From contig JAPLYQ010000031.1 of assembly GCA_026395475.1 (NCBI GenBank), positions 1-37,553 of the forward strand: a DNA stretch of 37,553 nucleotides. Direction: 5' to 3'. This DNA comes from Candidatus Roizmanbacteria bacterium. Its GTDB lineage: Bacteria; Patescibacteriota; Microgenomatia; UBA1406; GWC2-37-13. Positions 20,256 through 30,021 of this stretch are shown piece after piece. Positions within the stretch are counted from its first letter, which is position 1, and the number at the start of each line of letters is the position of its first letter. The notes beneath the pieces are model-generated. The model had not been told where the DNA came from. It ran no database searches and saw only the letters and a list, made by a program, of their open reading frames with translations. A program made the position numbers and the translations under genes.

Positions 20256-21701
20256 TTACATTATAGCTTGTTCTTTATCTGCTAGAACAGTTACTTTTGC
20301 GTTTTTTGCATAATCTGCAAGTTCTGACTTAACTAATACACCCAAGTGTTCATTACCCTTTTTTACAGCGATCTCAGTTAACTCAAAATCAAACGTTTCT
20401 GCATTTCCGGTGACAATATCTTGATACCCCTTCTCCTTCATAACTGTCTTGACGTCTCCAGCTTTACCAGGAGTCCCAGACCCATTAAGTATTTTGACTT
20501 TGATTGTGTCTTTTTTTATTATCGGTGTTGGAGTTGCTGTAGGCAATGGAACTGCTGTTGGAACTGGAGTTGGTTTTGCTTTCGCTATAAAACTTGGAAG
20601 CCTCATATTAAAGCCTGCAGGAGATTGTGTAAGGAGAGTAAAGATAAGAAAGGACCCTGCAAAAGACACAATAAAAAGCATTATTTCTTTTGAAATACGA
20701 ATAGATGGCATATTAAAGTTTTTCTTTTGAACTGATTTACCCATCACAGCAAGTGAGGGACTAAATGTATTTTTCAAAAGTGAAAAACCTCTATTTTCAA
20801 TAGAAAATATAAGAGCACCAAAACAGATGTCGAATTGTAAAATTGGAAAAGGATTATTGTCGATTGGAACAAGCATCTTTAAATAATCTGCATAAAAATG
20901 AGGAAGAATTCGTTTAAGCGGATTTGTCCAAATTCCCACATCTTTAGTAAATGTATCCTGTCTAACTGAATCTGAAAGAGTTCCAGAAAGGATAAGTCTA
21001 TTTATCTTTAAATGTTTTTCCTCATATTCTGCACCTATCTTTTTCAAAGGCTCTTCAACTCCTTTTCCTGCTATTAATTTTGCAGAAAATGATTCTTTTT
21101 CAAGGAGTCCAAAAGAGTCAAATAAATATGCGCTGATTAAATCTTCTTCGTATGATCCATATAATATGTGCTCGATTTTCCCTCTTCTCAGCGTTTTTTC
21201 AAAGAGTTTGTAGTAAGAAAGAGTATCAGGAATCAATGCAAGAAGCTGCATTTCAACTAACTGCAATGTGTCTTTATATGCTTGAACTGTTGATTCTTCT
21301 ATTGCATAAAGGCTAACTATGCGTTTCGCATCGTTTTCCGCCCCGACAAAATCATAATATACAGAATCTAGATGAGCTGGAAGGATCGAGCGTGCTTTCT
21401 CTTTCATAAATGAGGCAATTGCAGGTGGCGCCATATCATTTGGTACTTCTGCACGAGAAAAATAGAAGGCTTCCTGTGGAAGAATGAGAGAAATTTGTTT
21501 TTCTTTTGCGGCGCCACCTGTGAGGTGTGAGACAACTTCTTTAATAGCTGATGCAACAATATCTGTATGAGCTACTTTACCAGCCTTAAGAAGTTGTACA
21601 CTAAATTTTTTTTCTGCCTGTTGGACACTATACTGCCCCAACAATGACTTATTGACATGAAGGGCCTTGATGACATGTTGTCCAATATAAATATAAAGCA
21701 T
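20256..21701 (-). CDS. PilM-like cytoplasmic domain + TM + Pro/Thr linker + LytR C-terminal domain
   Basis: N-terminal pattern (IGQHVIKAL...ISLILPQE..F...P...Y.DF...V.LYA) resembles PilM; single TM at ~aa 340-357; PTPVPT linker; IKVKILNGSGTPGKAG...GNA matches LytR_C. Confidence 0.7.
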   Translation of the reverse strand: MLYIYIGQHVIKALHVNKSLLGQYSVQQAEKKFSVQLLKAGKVAHTDIVASAIKEVVSHLTGGAAKEKQISLILPQEAFYFSRAEVPNDMAPPAIASFMKEKARSILPAHLDSVYYDFVGAENDAKRIVSLYAIEESTVQAYKDTLQLVEMQLLALIPDTLSYYKLFEKTLRRGKIEHILYGSYEEDLISAYLFDSFGLLEKESFSAKLIAGKGVEEPLKKIGAEYEEKHLKINRLILSGTLSDSVRQDTFTKDVGIWTNPLKRILPHFYADYLKMLVPIDNNPFPILQFDICFGALIFSIENRGFSLLKNTFSPSLAVMGKSVQKKNFNMPSIRISKEIMLFIVSFAGSFLIFTLLTQSPAGFNMRLPSFIAKAKPTPVPTAVPLPTATPTPIIKKDTIKVKILNGSGTPGKAGDVKTVMKEKGYQDIVTGNAETFDFELTEIAVKKGNEHLGVLVKSELADYAKNAKVTVLADKEQAIM

Positions 21702-21755
21702 ACGTAAATGTATCTCTATTATAGTGTCTAATTGACAAAAAATGCAAGTAGCATT

Positions 21756-21764
21756 TGGTACAAT
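21756..21764 (+). promoter_or_regulatory. Extended -10 (TGgTACAAT) of dnaG-rpoD
   Basis: Located 8 nt before ATG 21773 in a 71-bp divergent intergenic gap; no SD. Confidence 0.5.
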
Positions 21765-21772
21765 GATGCAAA

Positions 21773-23527
21773 ATGGAAAGCGCGATAGAAAAACTTAAAG
21801 AACGAATTGATCTAGTAGAACTCATTGGTTCTTACGTCCAATTGAAAAAGGCTGGACGTAATTTTAAAGGAATATGTCCATTTCATCAAGAAAAAACTCC
21901 TTCATTTGTAGTTTCCCCAGATCGTCAACTCTGGCGTTGTTTTGGATCTTGTGGAATTGGGGGCGATGCAATAGCCTTTTACATGAAATATGAAAATCTT
22001 TCATTTCTTGAAGCCCTTACAGACCTCGCTACACGTTATGGCATTGTAATTGAAAAAATGCCTGTTGAAGATAAAATCGTCCATTATAAAGAAAGATTAA
22101 TCAAGGTTAATCAAGTAGCAACTGATTTTTACCATTATATTCTTACAAAGTCCTCTATTGGAAAACCAGCCCTCGACTATCTGAAAAATCGATCCATCTC
22201 AGATAAAATCATTGAGACTTTCCAGCTTGGGTATTCCCCTTCTTCTTGGGACTCACTTACTCGATTTCTCCATACAAAGAAATTTGAAAATAAAGAACTT
22301 GTAGATAGTGGCCTTTGTGTGCAAAAACAAATGGGCGGGTCTGTGTATGATCGATTTAGAGGGAGAGTAATGTTTCCACTCAAAGATCATCGAGGTAATA
22401 CTGTTGGATTTTCGGGACGCATCTTAAGTGGTGATAGTGAAGCAAAATATGTCAACACCCCCGAAACCACTCTTTATCATAAGCGTTCTATGCTATTTGG
22501 ACTTCATCTGACAAAAGATGCTGTAAAAAAAGAAAATAAGATTATTCTTGTTGAAGGTGAATTTGATGTAATTATGCCATTTCAACAAGGAGTGAGCGCT
22601 ATTGCCGCTATAAAAGGATCAGCTCTTACTACAGAACAACTCCAACTTATTAAAAGATATACAAACCGCGTATATCTTGCCCTTGATGCTGACAAAGCGG
22701 GAGAAGAGGCCATCCGTCGAGCTATTGAAGTGGCAGAGCCTATGGGATTTGAGCTTGGAGTTATTGTTATTGATGGAGGAAAAGATCCAGATGAAGCAGT
22801 GCGTACAAATGAAATTGAATTTAAAAAATCACTTGAACATCCTATTCCTGTTTATGATTTTCTCATGCAGATGTTTGCAAAAAAATATCCTCCATCTGAT
22901 CCTTTTAATAAAAAACAAATTGGAGAGGAAATGGCTCCTTTTTTGTATGCAATTACCAATCCAATAGTCCAGTCATACTATATTAAACAGCTTGCAAAAC
23001 TTCTTGATGTGAGTGAAGATGCCGCAGGACGAGTTGTTCGAGGATATAGAAAAAGACATCTCATAAGGCCAAACAAGCAGGAGGTCCAAGTTAAAAAGCC
23101 ACTTCGCGAACTTGTTATTCAACAATTTTTGTTGGAACAGCTCTTACATGCGCCATCACTCACTCCCTATATGACCGAGATTCAAAACATTATTACAGAT
23201 GACGTTTTTACAGCACCTTCCTATGGAAAATTGTTTACAAAATTACATGAAAAAGCTCAGGAAGGTGGAACATTTGATATTAATGCATTTATAAAGACTC
23301 TTCCTGCAGAATTAGCCTCAGTTGCGGACGAATTATATCTAAAAGCATCTTCAGATGAACAAAGCGCGACAAACTCAATAAAACATATTGCATTGGAAAT
23401 AAAGAGAAATGCACTGCGATCAAAACTCAAAAATATCCTCAATTCTGCTTCTGAGGCTGATGAGGAAATATTGAAGGAATTGCAGGCTCAATTAAAAGAA
23501 CTGGAAAAAATGAGCTCAACAGTATAA
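21773..23527 (+). CDS. dnaG: DNA primase
   Basis: [11 protein letters not shown]...CFGSC zinc finger, [24 protein letters not shown] motifs VEGEFD, LDADKAG and KDPD. Confidence 0.97.
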   Translation: MESAIEKLKERIDLVELIGSYVQLKKAGRNFKGICPFHQEKTPSFVVSPDRQLWRCFGSCGIGGDAIAFYMKYENLSFLEALTDLATRYGIVIEKMPVEDKIVHYKERLIKVNQVATDFYHYILTKSSIGKPALDYLKNRSISDKIIETFQLGYSPSSWDSLTRFLHTKKFENKELVDSGLCVQKQMGGSVYDRFRGRVMFPLKDHRGNTVGFSGRILSGDSEAKYVNTPETTLYHKRSMLFGLHLTKDAVKKENKIILVEGEFDVIMPFQQGVSAIAAIKGSALTTEQLQLIKRYTNRVYLALDADKAGEEAIRRAIEVAEPMGFELGVIVIDGGKDPDEAVRTNEIEFKKSLEHPIPVYDFLMQMFAKKYPPSDPFNKKQIGEEMAPFLYAITNPIVQSYYIKQLAKLLDVSEDAAGRVVRGYRKRHLIRPNKQEVQVKKPLRELVIQQFLLEQLLHAPSLTPYMTEIQNIITDDVFTAPSYGKLFTKLHEKAQEGGTFDINAFIKTLPAELASVADELYLKASSDEQSATNSIKHIALEIKRNALRSKLKNILNSASEADEEILKELQAQLKELEKMSSTV

Positions 23528-23537
23528 AATAGGAGCT

Positions 23538-24629
23538 ATGATAAAGCCGAAAAGTCCAAAGACATTTAAAGAACTTCTTCAACAAGGAGAAGATGACGGA
23601 TTTATTCTTCAAGATGATATCTTCCTTATATGTAGTGAACCAGAAAAACATATTCTGGAAATAGATGATTTTTTTAATGATGCGCTTCGTAAAGGTATTG
23701 ATATTTTTGAAACGATATCAACACGAGAAGAAGAAGAGGTTCACAAAAGCGCCGAAGAAGTAGAAAAAGAATTGGAACAACTTATCACTGCAAAGCATGG
23801 TGAGAGTCTTGACCCTATCAAAAAATATTTAAAAGAAATTGGAAAAACTCCTTTGCTTAAATTTGAAGAAGAAATTATTCTTGCTAAGTCATACGAAAAA
23901 GGAAGTGAAAAAGCAAAAGAAAAACTTATTAAAGCAAATTTACGTTTGGTTGTGTCCATTGCAAAAAAATATCTTGGTCGAAGATTGTCATTCTTAGATT
24001 TAATTCAGGAAGGTAATAAAGGGCTTATTCGAGGAGTAGAAAAATACAATTGGAGAAGAGGATTTAAATTTTCTACCTATGCAACATGGTGGATTCGACA
24101 GGCCATCACTCGTGCAATTGCTGATCAGTCTCGTACCATTCGTATTCCTGTTCATATGGTAGACCAGATTAATCGTTTTTATAAGACGCAAAGAAAACTT
24201 ACACAAAAACTCGGGAAAGAGCCAACAGTAAAAGAAATTGCAAAAGAAATGTTGGTAACAACTGATGAAATTGAGAATCTTATGAAGATTTCTCAACAGC
24301 CAAAATCTTTATCGACCCCAGTTGGAGATGATAAAGAAGCAACGCTTGAACAGTTTGTAAGCGATCAGTCACAACCAACACTTTATGATAAGGTCTCCAA
24401 AGAACTTTTGAAAGAGGCAATGAATAAAGTACTTGAGACACTTTCTCCAAGAGAGAAAAAAGTTCTTATTATGCGCTTTGGACTTGATGATGGTAAACCA
24501 AAAACACTTGAGGAAGTTGGAAAAGAATTTAAGGTTACGCGAGAACGTATTCGACAAATCGAAGCAAAAGCTATTCGAAAATTAAAGCATCCAACTCGTG
24601 CTCGTAAACTAAAAGACTTCCTTGATTGA
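23538..24629 (+). CDS. rpoD: Primary RNA polymerase sigma factor
   Basis: [41 protein letters not shown] and TLEEVG...[10 protein letters not shown] motifs; directly after dnaG. Confidence 0.96.
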   Translation: MIKPKSPKTFKELLQQGEDDGFILQDDIFLICSEPEKHILEIDDFFNDALRKGIDIFETISTREEEEVHKSAEEVEKELEQLITAKHGESLDPIKKYLKEIGKTPLLKFEEEIILAKSYEKGSEKAKEKLIKANLRLVVSIAKKYLGRRLSFLDLIQEGNKGLIRGVEKYNWRRGFKFSTYATWWIRQAITRAIADQSRTIRIPVHMVDQINRFYKTQRKLTQKLGKEPTVKEIAKEMLVTTDEIENLMKISQQPKSLSTPVGDDKEATLEQFVSDQSQPTLYDKVSKELLKEAMNKVLETLSPREKKVLIMRFGLDDGKPKTLEEVGKEFKVTRERIRQIEAKAIRKLKHPTRARKLKDFLD

Positions 24630-24696
24630 TGTCGTTTATAGTACACACCGCTAATGCGTTTTTTATGGCTTCATAATAGTCTAAAAATGGGTTTTT

Positions 24697-24712
24697 GCGG
24701 CTTATAAGCCGC
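24697..24712. promoter_or_regulatory. Perfect 16-bp palindrome GCGGCTTATAAGCCGC, candidate operator
   Basis: Ends 33 nt upstream of the XRE-HTH gene; resembles C-box architecture. Confidence 0.55.
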
Positions 24713-24745
24713 TGTGTTTAATCTCTTACTTATATATCCTTCATC

Positions 24746-24973
24746 ATGGAAGCCATGAAAGGAAATTTTGTATATCTAAAAATTGGCAAACGAATTGCTG
24801 AAATACGAAAGAAGCAAAGCATATCTCAAGATCATCTTGCATTTATTGCTGATATGGACAGAACTTATCTCACGCGTCTTGAAAAAGGAAAGGCTAATCC
24901 CTCTGTCCGCACACTCCATAAAATTGCTCGGAAGTTAAAAGTAAAAGTATCTACCCTTCTCCGTGATATCTAA
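24746..24973 (+). CDS. XRE-family HTH regulator, RM controller (C-protein)-like
   Basis: IGKRIAEIRKKQSISQDHLAFIADMDRTYLTRLEKGKANPS with the DRTY recognition-helix motif. Confidence 0.88.
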   Translation: MEAMKGNFVYLKIGKRIAEIRKKQSISQDHLAFIADMDRTYLTRLEKGKANPSVRTLHKIARKLKVKVSTLLRDI

Positions 24974-25019
24974 TAACTAAACTAGATTTTTATTTTGATA
25001 AATGATATGCTGATACCAT

Positions 25020-25457
25020 ATGAAAACATCAGGATTTATGCATTCAATAAATGCATCAGAAACCCCAAAACTTCTCGCACTTCCCGTTGTAATAATTGTA
25101 TGTGCTCTCACTGTTGTTCTGGGAGGTGTTGGAGGATTTATGATGGTAAAAAAATCTCCTGTGACTACTAATAGCGCCGGAAAAGGTGTATCAGTACAAA
25201 CAGATAAAGCTGCCGGTGTTGCAGATAAAAAAACATTTAAAGATAGTGCTGAGGGAATATTAAAAGAAGGTGGACTAGAAGGCGAAGGCAACTTTCATCT
25301 AGAACGTCCTGGAGGAGTGTCACAAAATGCATATCTTACTTCAAGCACTGTTGATTTAAGTAAATATATTGGAAAAAAAGTAAAAGTATGGGGTCAAACA
25401 TTTACTGGACAAAAAGCTGGGTGGTTAATGGACGTAGGGTTAGTTGAAATTCAATAA
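25020..25457 (+). CDS. Single-pass membrane protein with small beta-rich extracellular domain, first gene of the ftsEX unit
   Basis: N-terminal TM, low-complexity linker, Gly-rich domain ending DLSKYIGKKVKVWG (OB-fold-like); 6 nt before ftsE. Confidence 0.7.
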   Translation: MKTSGFMHSINASETPKLLALPVVIIVCALTVVLGGVGGFMMVKKSPVTTNSAGKGVSVQTDKAAGVADKKTFKDSAEGILKEGGLEGEGNFHLERPGGVSQNAYLTSSTVDLSKYIGKKVKVWGQTFTGQKAGWLMDVGLVEIQ

Positions 25458-25463
25458 ATTTTA

Positions 25464-26141
25464 ATGATTCAATTTGAAAACGTAACTAAATCATATCCTC
25501 TTGGAGTTGCAGCTCTTGATGATGTGTCTTTTACCATTGAAAGAAATGAATTTACATTTCTTGTTGGTACTTCTGGTGCTGGAAAAACTACTATTCTGAA
25601 TCTCATTTTAGGAGACCTGTATCCAAACTCTGGAACTGTCATCGTAAATGATGTCGATATATCCAATAAAAAATGTAAGGGAATTGAAGACTTGAGAAAA
25701 CATATTGGAGTTGTATTTCAAGATTTTAAAATTCTTCAGGATAAAGATGTATTTGAAAATATTGCACTAGGACTTCATATCCAAAAACTTTCGATAAAAA
25801 AAATAAAAGAACAGGTAAGAGAGGTGCTTACTCTGGTTGGATTAGAGGAGAGAGATCACTATTTCCCTGTTCAACTTTCAGCGGGAGAGTTACAGCGTGT
25901 TGCGATAGCTCGTGCGCTCTGTGGCGATAGACAGATTATTTTAGCCGATGAACCAACGGGTAACCTAGATCCAAAAACAACTTGGGACATCATGAAAATA
26001 TTCAAAAAAGTAGAAGAATATAAAACGATTATTATTGCTACCCACAATACCGATGTGGTAAATAGCATGAAAAAAAGAGTTATCGTTCTTAAAAAAGGAA
26101 AATTGATTAAGGATATGAAAAAAGGAGGATATGAACTATGA
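25464..26141 (+). CDS. ftsE: Cell division ATP-binding protein FtsE
   Basis: Walker A GTSGAGKTT, IGVVFQDFKIL, LSAGELQRVAIARAL, ADEPTGNLDP; followed by ftsX. Confidence 0.92.
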   Translation: MIQFENVTKSYPLGVAALDDVSFTIERNEFTFLVGTSGAGKTTILNLILGDLYPNSGTVIVNDVDISNKKCKGIEDLRKHIGVVFQDFKILQDKDVFENIALGLHIQKLSIKKIKEQVREVLTLVGLEERDHYFPVQLSAGELQRVAIARALCGDRQIILADEPTGNLDPKTTWDIMKIFKKVEEYKTIIIATHNTDVVNSMKKRVIVLKKGKLIKDMKKGGYEL

Positions 26142-27043
26142 AACAATTATTGATATCTATACGAAGGACTCCTTTCCAATCTCTTGCTGTATTTTCATCA
26201 CTTATTCTCACACTGTTTCTTTCTCTACTTCTTATATTTTGTATTAACTTTCTGTATGGACTATTAGGATATGTTGAATCACGACCACAAGTAACTATTT
26301 ACTTTCAAAATGAAGTTTCAGAATCAAGTATTATCAATGTAAAAAACGATTTAGAAAAATCAGGAAAAGTAGAATCTGTTAAGTACATGTCAAAAAATGA
26401 CGCATATTCGTTATATAAACAATTGAATAAAGATAATCCACTTTTACTTGAAATGGTCACTCCAGACGTACTTCCTGCCTCACTTGAAATTTTTGCAAAA
26501 AAACCCGCCTACCTTCCAGAGATTGCAACCTATTTAAACGGAGTTACCGGTAAAGATGAGGTAAATTTTCAAAAAAATGTAGTTGATAAATTGCTTTCGC
26601 TTACTTCAGTAGTTCGTACTATGTCGCTCGCCTTTTTTGTTTTCCTTATGATGTCAACAATTATTATATTGATGACGATTACTCACTTTAAAGTCGCTTT
26701 AAAAAAGGAAGAAATAGAACTCCTCAGACTCATGGGGGCATCAACTGGATATGTGAGAAAGCCTTTCATGGACCAATCTTTATTCCTGGGATTTGTATCT
26801 TCCACCGTTGTTTATCTCGTTTTTGGAGGAATTCTCTTCCTTATCTATCCATCAATACAAGGGTATCTGAGTGGTATTCAATCTCTATTTGTTGACATCG
26901 GACCCTATCAACTTACCGTATGGCCATTGTCATTTTTATATGCTGGTGGTTTATATATTCTCCTTACTGGATTTGGTATGGGAATCGCAGGGCTTGCAAC
27001 CTACTTTGCCACACGAAAATACCTTGCAATCCAAAGAAGCTAA
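26138..27043 (+). CDS. ftsX: Cell division permease FtsX
   Basis: 4-TM topology with a large first extracellular loop, NPLL...LPASLE and EIELLRLMGAS...VRKPF motifs. Confidence 0.92.
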   Translation: MKQLLISIRRTPFQSLAVFSSLILTLFLSLLLIFCINFLYGLLGYVESRPQVTIYFQNEVSESSIINVKNDLEKSGKVESVKYMSKNDAYSLYKQLNKDNPLLLEMVTPDVLPASLEIFAKKPAYLPEIATYLNGVTGKDEVNFQKNVVDKLLSLTSVVRTMSLAFFVFLMMSTIIILMTITHFKVALKKEEIELLRLMGASTGYVRKPFMDQSLFLGFVSSTVVYLVFGGILFLIYPSIQGYLSGIQSLFVDIGPYQLTVWPLSFLYAGGLYILLTGFGMGIAGLATYFATRKYLAIQRS

Positions 27044-27068
27044 GCTCCAAAAAAATGTATAATACAGT

Positions 27069-28265
27069 ATGTCTTTTGTAAAAAAATGTACAATTTTTTT
27101 TATCTTCATAAGTGTTATTTGCGCCAGTTCTTTTGTCTTAGCACAAACGAGTGAATCTGACCAACAGAAACGCATCGATGAATTAAAACAAAAACTTACG
27201 AACATTGGAAATCAAAAAAAAACTCTCAGCTCACAGATTCAGCAGATGGATACTCAAATCTCCCTTACAACTATACAAATACAAAGCTCAGAAAAAAAAA
27301 TCATCGAGACACAAAATGAAATAGAAAAATTAGGATCGCGCATTGACAATCTCGACTCATCTCTTAATACGCTAAGTAAACTTCTTCTCAAACAAGTTGT
27401 GAGAGGATATAAAACACAATCTGTATCTCTTGTCGAAATACTATTTGAAGCACATGATATAAGCGACCTTACCAATAAAATAAAATATCAACATGCGACT
27501 CAAAATAATAATCAAAAATTATTAGTACAGGTCCAGGAAGCGAAAGCAAGTTATGAAGAACAGAAGGTCGTTCGAGAACAAAAGAAACAAGAGCTTGACC
27601 AGTTAGTAATAAGTTTGAATGCACAAAAGGATGCACTTAAAACTCAACAAGTTCAAAAAGAGAGACTTCTTGCAGAAACAAATAATGATGAAAGCACCTA
27701 TCAAACACTCCTCGCTCAAGCTGAGGCACAGTTGAAAGGTTTCGGCAGATTCGTCGCAAACCAAGGAGGTTCTTCTTTGCTTTCAAATCAAACATCATGT
27801 GATGATTGGGGATGCTACTATAACCAAAGAGATTCACAATGGGGTGGCAATTCTCTCAATAACACAGGATACACTCTTGCTTCAGACGGGTGTCTTGTTA
27901 CCTCAATGGCAATGGTTTATACACATTTTGGTCATAGAAATGTGACTCCTCAAACTATCAACAGCAACCCTTTTAATTTCGCATCTTACTATCCTGCATA
28001 TCTAAATATGACAATTGTGGCAGATGGTACAACCTCTACCCGTGTCTATTCTGCTATTGATAGCGAACTCAGTAATGGACGACCTGTCGTTGTGGGAATT
28101 AGTTATGATGGAGGACCAAATCCAGATCATTTCTTAGTCCTAATTAGTGGTTCAAATGGTGACTATAAGATGAATGATCCTTATACACAAAATGGGCATA
28201 ATATTCCTTTTACTGATCATTATTCAGTTGGTAGTATTAGGACAATAAACAAGGTTAATATGTAA
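27069..28265 (+). CDS. Secreted CwlO/PcsB-like coiled-coil protein with C-terminal C39-like (papain-fold) peptidase domain
   Basis: Signal peptide, ~200-aa coiled coil, then YYNQRDSQWG...GCLVTSMAMV...HFLV...MNDP (Q/C/H/D catalytic pattern). Confidence 0.8.
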   Translation: MSFVKKCTIFFIFISVICASSFVLAQTSESDQQKRIDELKQKLTNIGNQKKTLSSQIQQMDTQISLTTIQIQSSEKKIIETQNEIEKLGSRIDNLDSSLNTLSKLLLKQVVRGYKTQSVSLVEILFEAHDISDLTNKIKYQHATQNNNQKLLVQVQEAKASYEEQKVVREQKKQELDQLVISLNAQKDALKTQQVQKERLLAETNNDESTYQTLLAQAEAQLKGFGRFVANQGGSSLLSNQTSCDDWGCYYNQRDSQWGGNSLNNTGYTLASDGCLVTSMAMVYTHFGHRNVTPQTINSNPFNFASYYPAYLNMTIVADGTTSTRVYSAIDSELSNGRPVVVGISYDGGPNPDHFLVLISGSNGDYKMNDPYTQNGHNIPFTDHYSVGSIRTINKVNM

Positions 28266-28379
28266 CTTGGTTACATATACCAATAATGTGATTTAATTCT
28301 CCTTGTAGCAACTTAAAATGCAATAAATGTGGTTTATAATCCCTTGCATTGTTTTTCACAATATTTCTTAATATAAATC

Positions 28380-29639
28380 ATGTCGTATTTAGGACGCTTT
28401 TCTATTTACTTCATTATATTGTTATTTTTTATCCTTACTTATCCACTCCCAGTTAAGTCATCTATTGTTTTGAATGAAGTCGCCATCCAGCCAAATCAAG
28501 TAGTGGAGCTCTACAACACTGCATCAACAAGTGCTGATATTTCTTCTTGGTATATTGATGATGCCGGAGGAACAACCTACTATACTATTTCCTCTCAAAC
28601 CATTATTCCTCCCCAATCCTGCTTACTTTTCAGTTCGGATTTTAACTTTAATAAATCGTCAGCAGATGTTGTTCGATTATTTGATAACTCATACCCACCA
28701 ACCTCTTCTTCTGCAAAATTAATCGAACAGTATTCCTATACAAAAGCTCCTGATAGTAATTACTCATTTAGCAAGAAAAAAGATGGAGGAACTGAGTGGC
28801 AAACAACCATTTCTTCTCTTGGATTATTTAATGAAACTCTAACAAATTGTATTCCCACCACCACCCCAACTCCCCTCCCCACTGAAACTCCAGCACCAAA
28901 TCCAACTGCAACTCTAATACCTTCTTCAGAACCAACACAAACTCCTACTCCAACTCCATTAATTGATTATCAAAATATATATATTTCTGAAATATATCCT
29001 TATCCCTTAACTGGAGAAAATGAATGGATTGAGATTTATAATGGAAATAATATTCAAGTAAATTTAGATCATTGGTATATTGATGATATTGAGAATGGTG
29101 GGTCTACTCCAAAATCTTTTACTTTGGTTCTGGAACCTTTTACATATGGTGTAATAGATATGTCATCTTCACTCTTTAATAATGGTGGAGATAATGTGCG
29201 ACTGCTCAATCATGATAAGATCGAAAAGGATAGTATGGAATATGGGAAAATAACTCAAGGAAAAAGTATGGGTCGTATTTCTTTTTTAGAAGAGTCATAC
29301 TGCGAACAAGATGCATCAAAAAACACTGCAAATTCTTCCTGCATTTTAGAACCAACACAAATAGTATCTTTACAAACTACTAACAACAAAACAATGCTAT
29401 CGACACAGAAAATAGTTTCCCCGGCAAAAAAATCAACGAATTTATCCACACAACAAACAACTACTTCTGAGATGAATCCAAACTCTAAAACAGCATCTTC
29501 AAAACAAGTCGGAGAAGTACTAGGTATGCAGACAAAAGAAACGAACAATGCCTCTCTTACTCCTTATTTGTCTGGCGTTTCTTTCTCATATAGTCTTTTG
29601 ACTATTGTTTCTGTCTTCATTAAAATGAAGAATGCATAA
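28380..29639 (+). CDS. Surface protein with two lamin-tail domains, Pro/Thr linker and C-terminal membrane segment
   Basis: Repeated (L/I)(N/S)E...(V/I)E(L/I)YN.....D...WYIDD...FN...D.VRL motif; N-terminal signal sequence. Confidence 0.82.
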   Translation: MSYLGRFSIYFIILLFFILTYPLPVKSSIVLNEVAIQPNQVVELYNTASTSADISSWYIDDAGGTTYYTISSQTIIPPQSCLLFSSDFNFNKSSADVVRLFDNSYPPTSSSAKLIEQYSYTKAPDSNYSFSKKKDGGTEWQTTISSLGLFNETLTNCIPTTTPTPLPTETPAPNPTATLIPSSEPTQTPTPTPLIDYQNIYISEIYPYPLTGENEWIEIYNGNNIQVNLDHWYIDDIENGGSTPKSFTLVLEPFTYGVIDMSSSLFNNGGDNVRLLNHDKIEKDSMEYGKITQGKSMGRISFLEESYCEQDASKNTANSSCILEPTQIVSLQTTNNKTMLSTQKIVSPAKKSTNLSTQQTTTSEMNPNSKTASSKQVGEVLGMQTKETNNASLTPYLSGVSFSYSLLTIVSVFIKMKNA

Positions 29640-30021
29640 GAAAATGGATATATTTTATTATTGGTTCCCGCCAGTTGCATGGATGGGAATTATTTTTTAT
29701 ATGTCTTCGCAAAGAAGCATCTCTCTCACATCTCACGTTACTACTGATTTTGTAACATTTAAAACTCTTCACATGATCGAATATGCGTTCCTTTTTTTTC
29801 TTTTCTATCGAGCGTTTCAGTCGTCAAAGTATATTAAAGATAATATAAGCGTACTATGCGCATTTTTTATGACAATGTTTTATAGTCTCACAGATGAATT
29901 TCACCAACTCTATATCGCAACACGTCAAGGTCGTTTGAGAGATGTTTTATTTGATGTAGTCGGCATACTTATCATGTATGTTATCATTAAGAAGATACGA
30001 CTTATCCAAAAACTGTTATGA
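29632..30021 (+). CDS. VanZ-family membrane protein
   Basis: WMGIIFYMSSQ, K.LH..EY and DEFHQ....R.G...DV..D..G motifs. Confidence 0.88.
   Translation: MHKKMDIFYYWFPPVAWMGIIFYMSSQRSISLTSHVTTDFVTFKTLHMIEYAFLFFLFYRAFQSSKYIKDNISVLCAFFMTMFYSLTDEFHQLYIATRQGRLRDVLFDVVGILIMYVIIKKIRLIQKLL

Noticed and set aside
21740..21756. AAATGC-N5-GCATTT palindrome in the dnaG promoter region
   Set aside because: Only 6-bp arms in AT-rich DNA and no match to a regulator box I can name.
23531..23535. AGGAG Shine-Dalgarno before rpoD
   Set aside because: Only 2 nt from the ATG, too close to function; a TAAAAT -10 box 7 nt upstream fits better.
29442..29450. Perfect DnaA box TTATCCACA
   Set aside because: Single copy inside a CDS, with no cluster or dnaA nearby; not an origin.
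29632..30021. VanZ as evidence of a glycopeptide-resistance cluster
   Set aside because: No vanHAX or vanRS; stand-alone VanZ-family genes are widespread.
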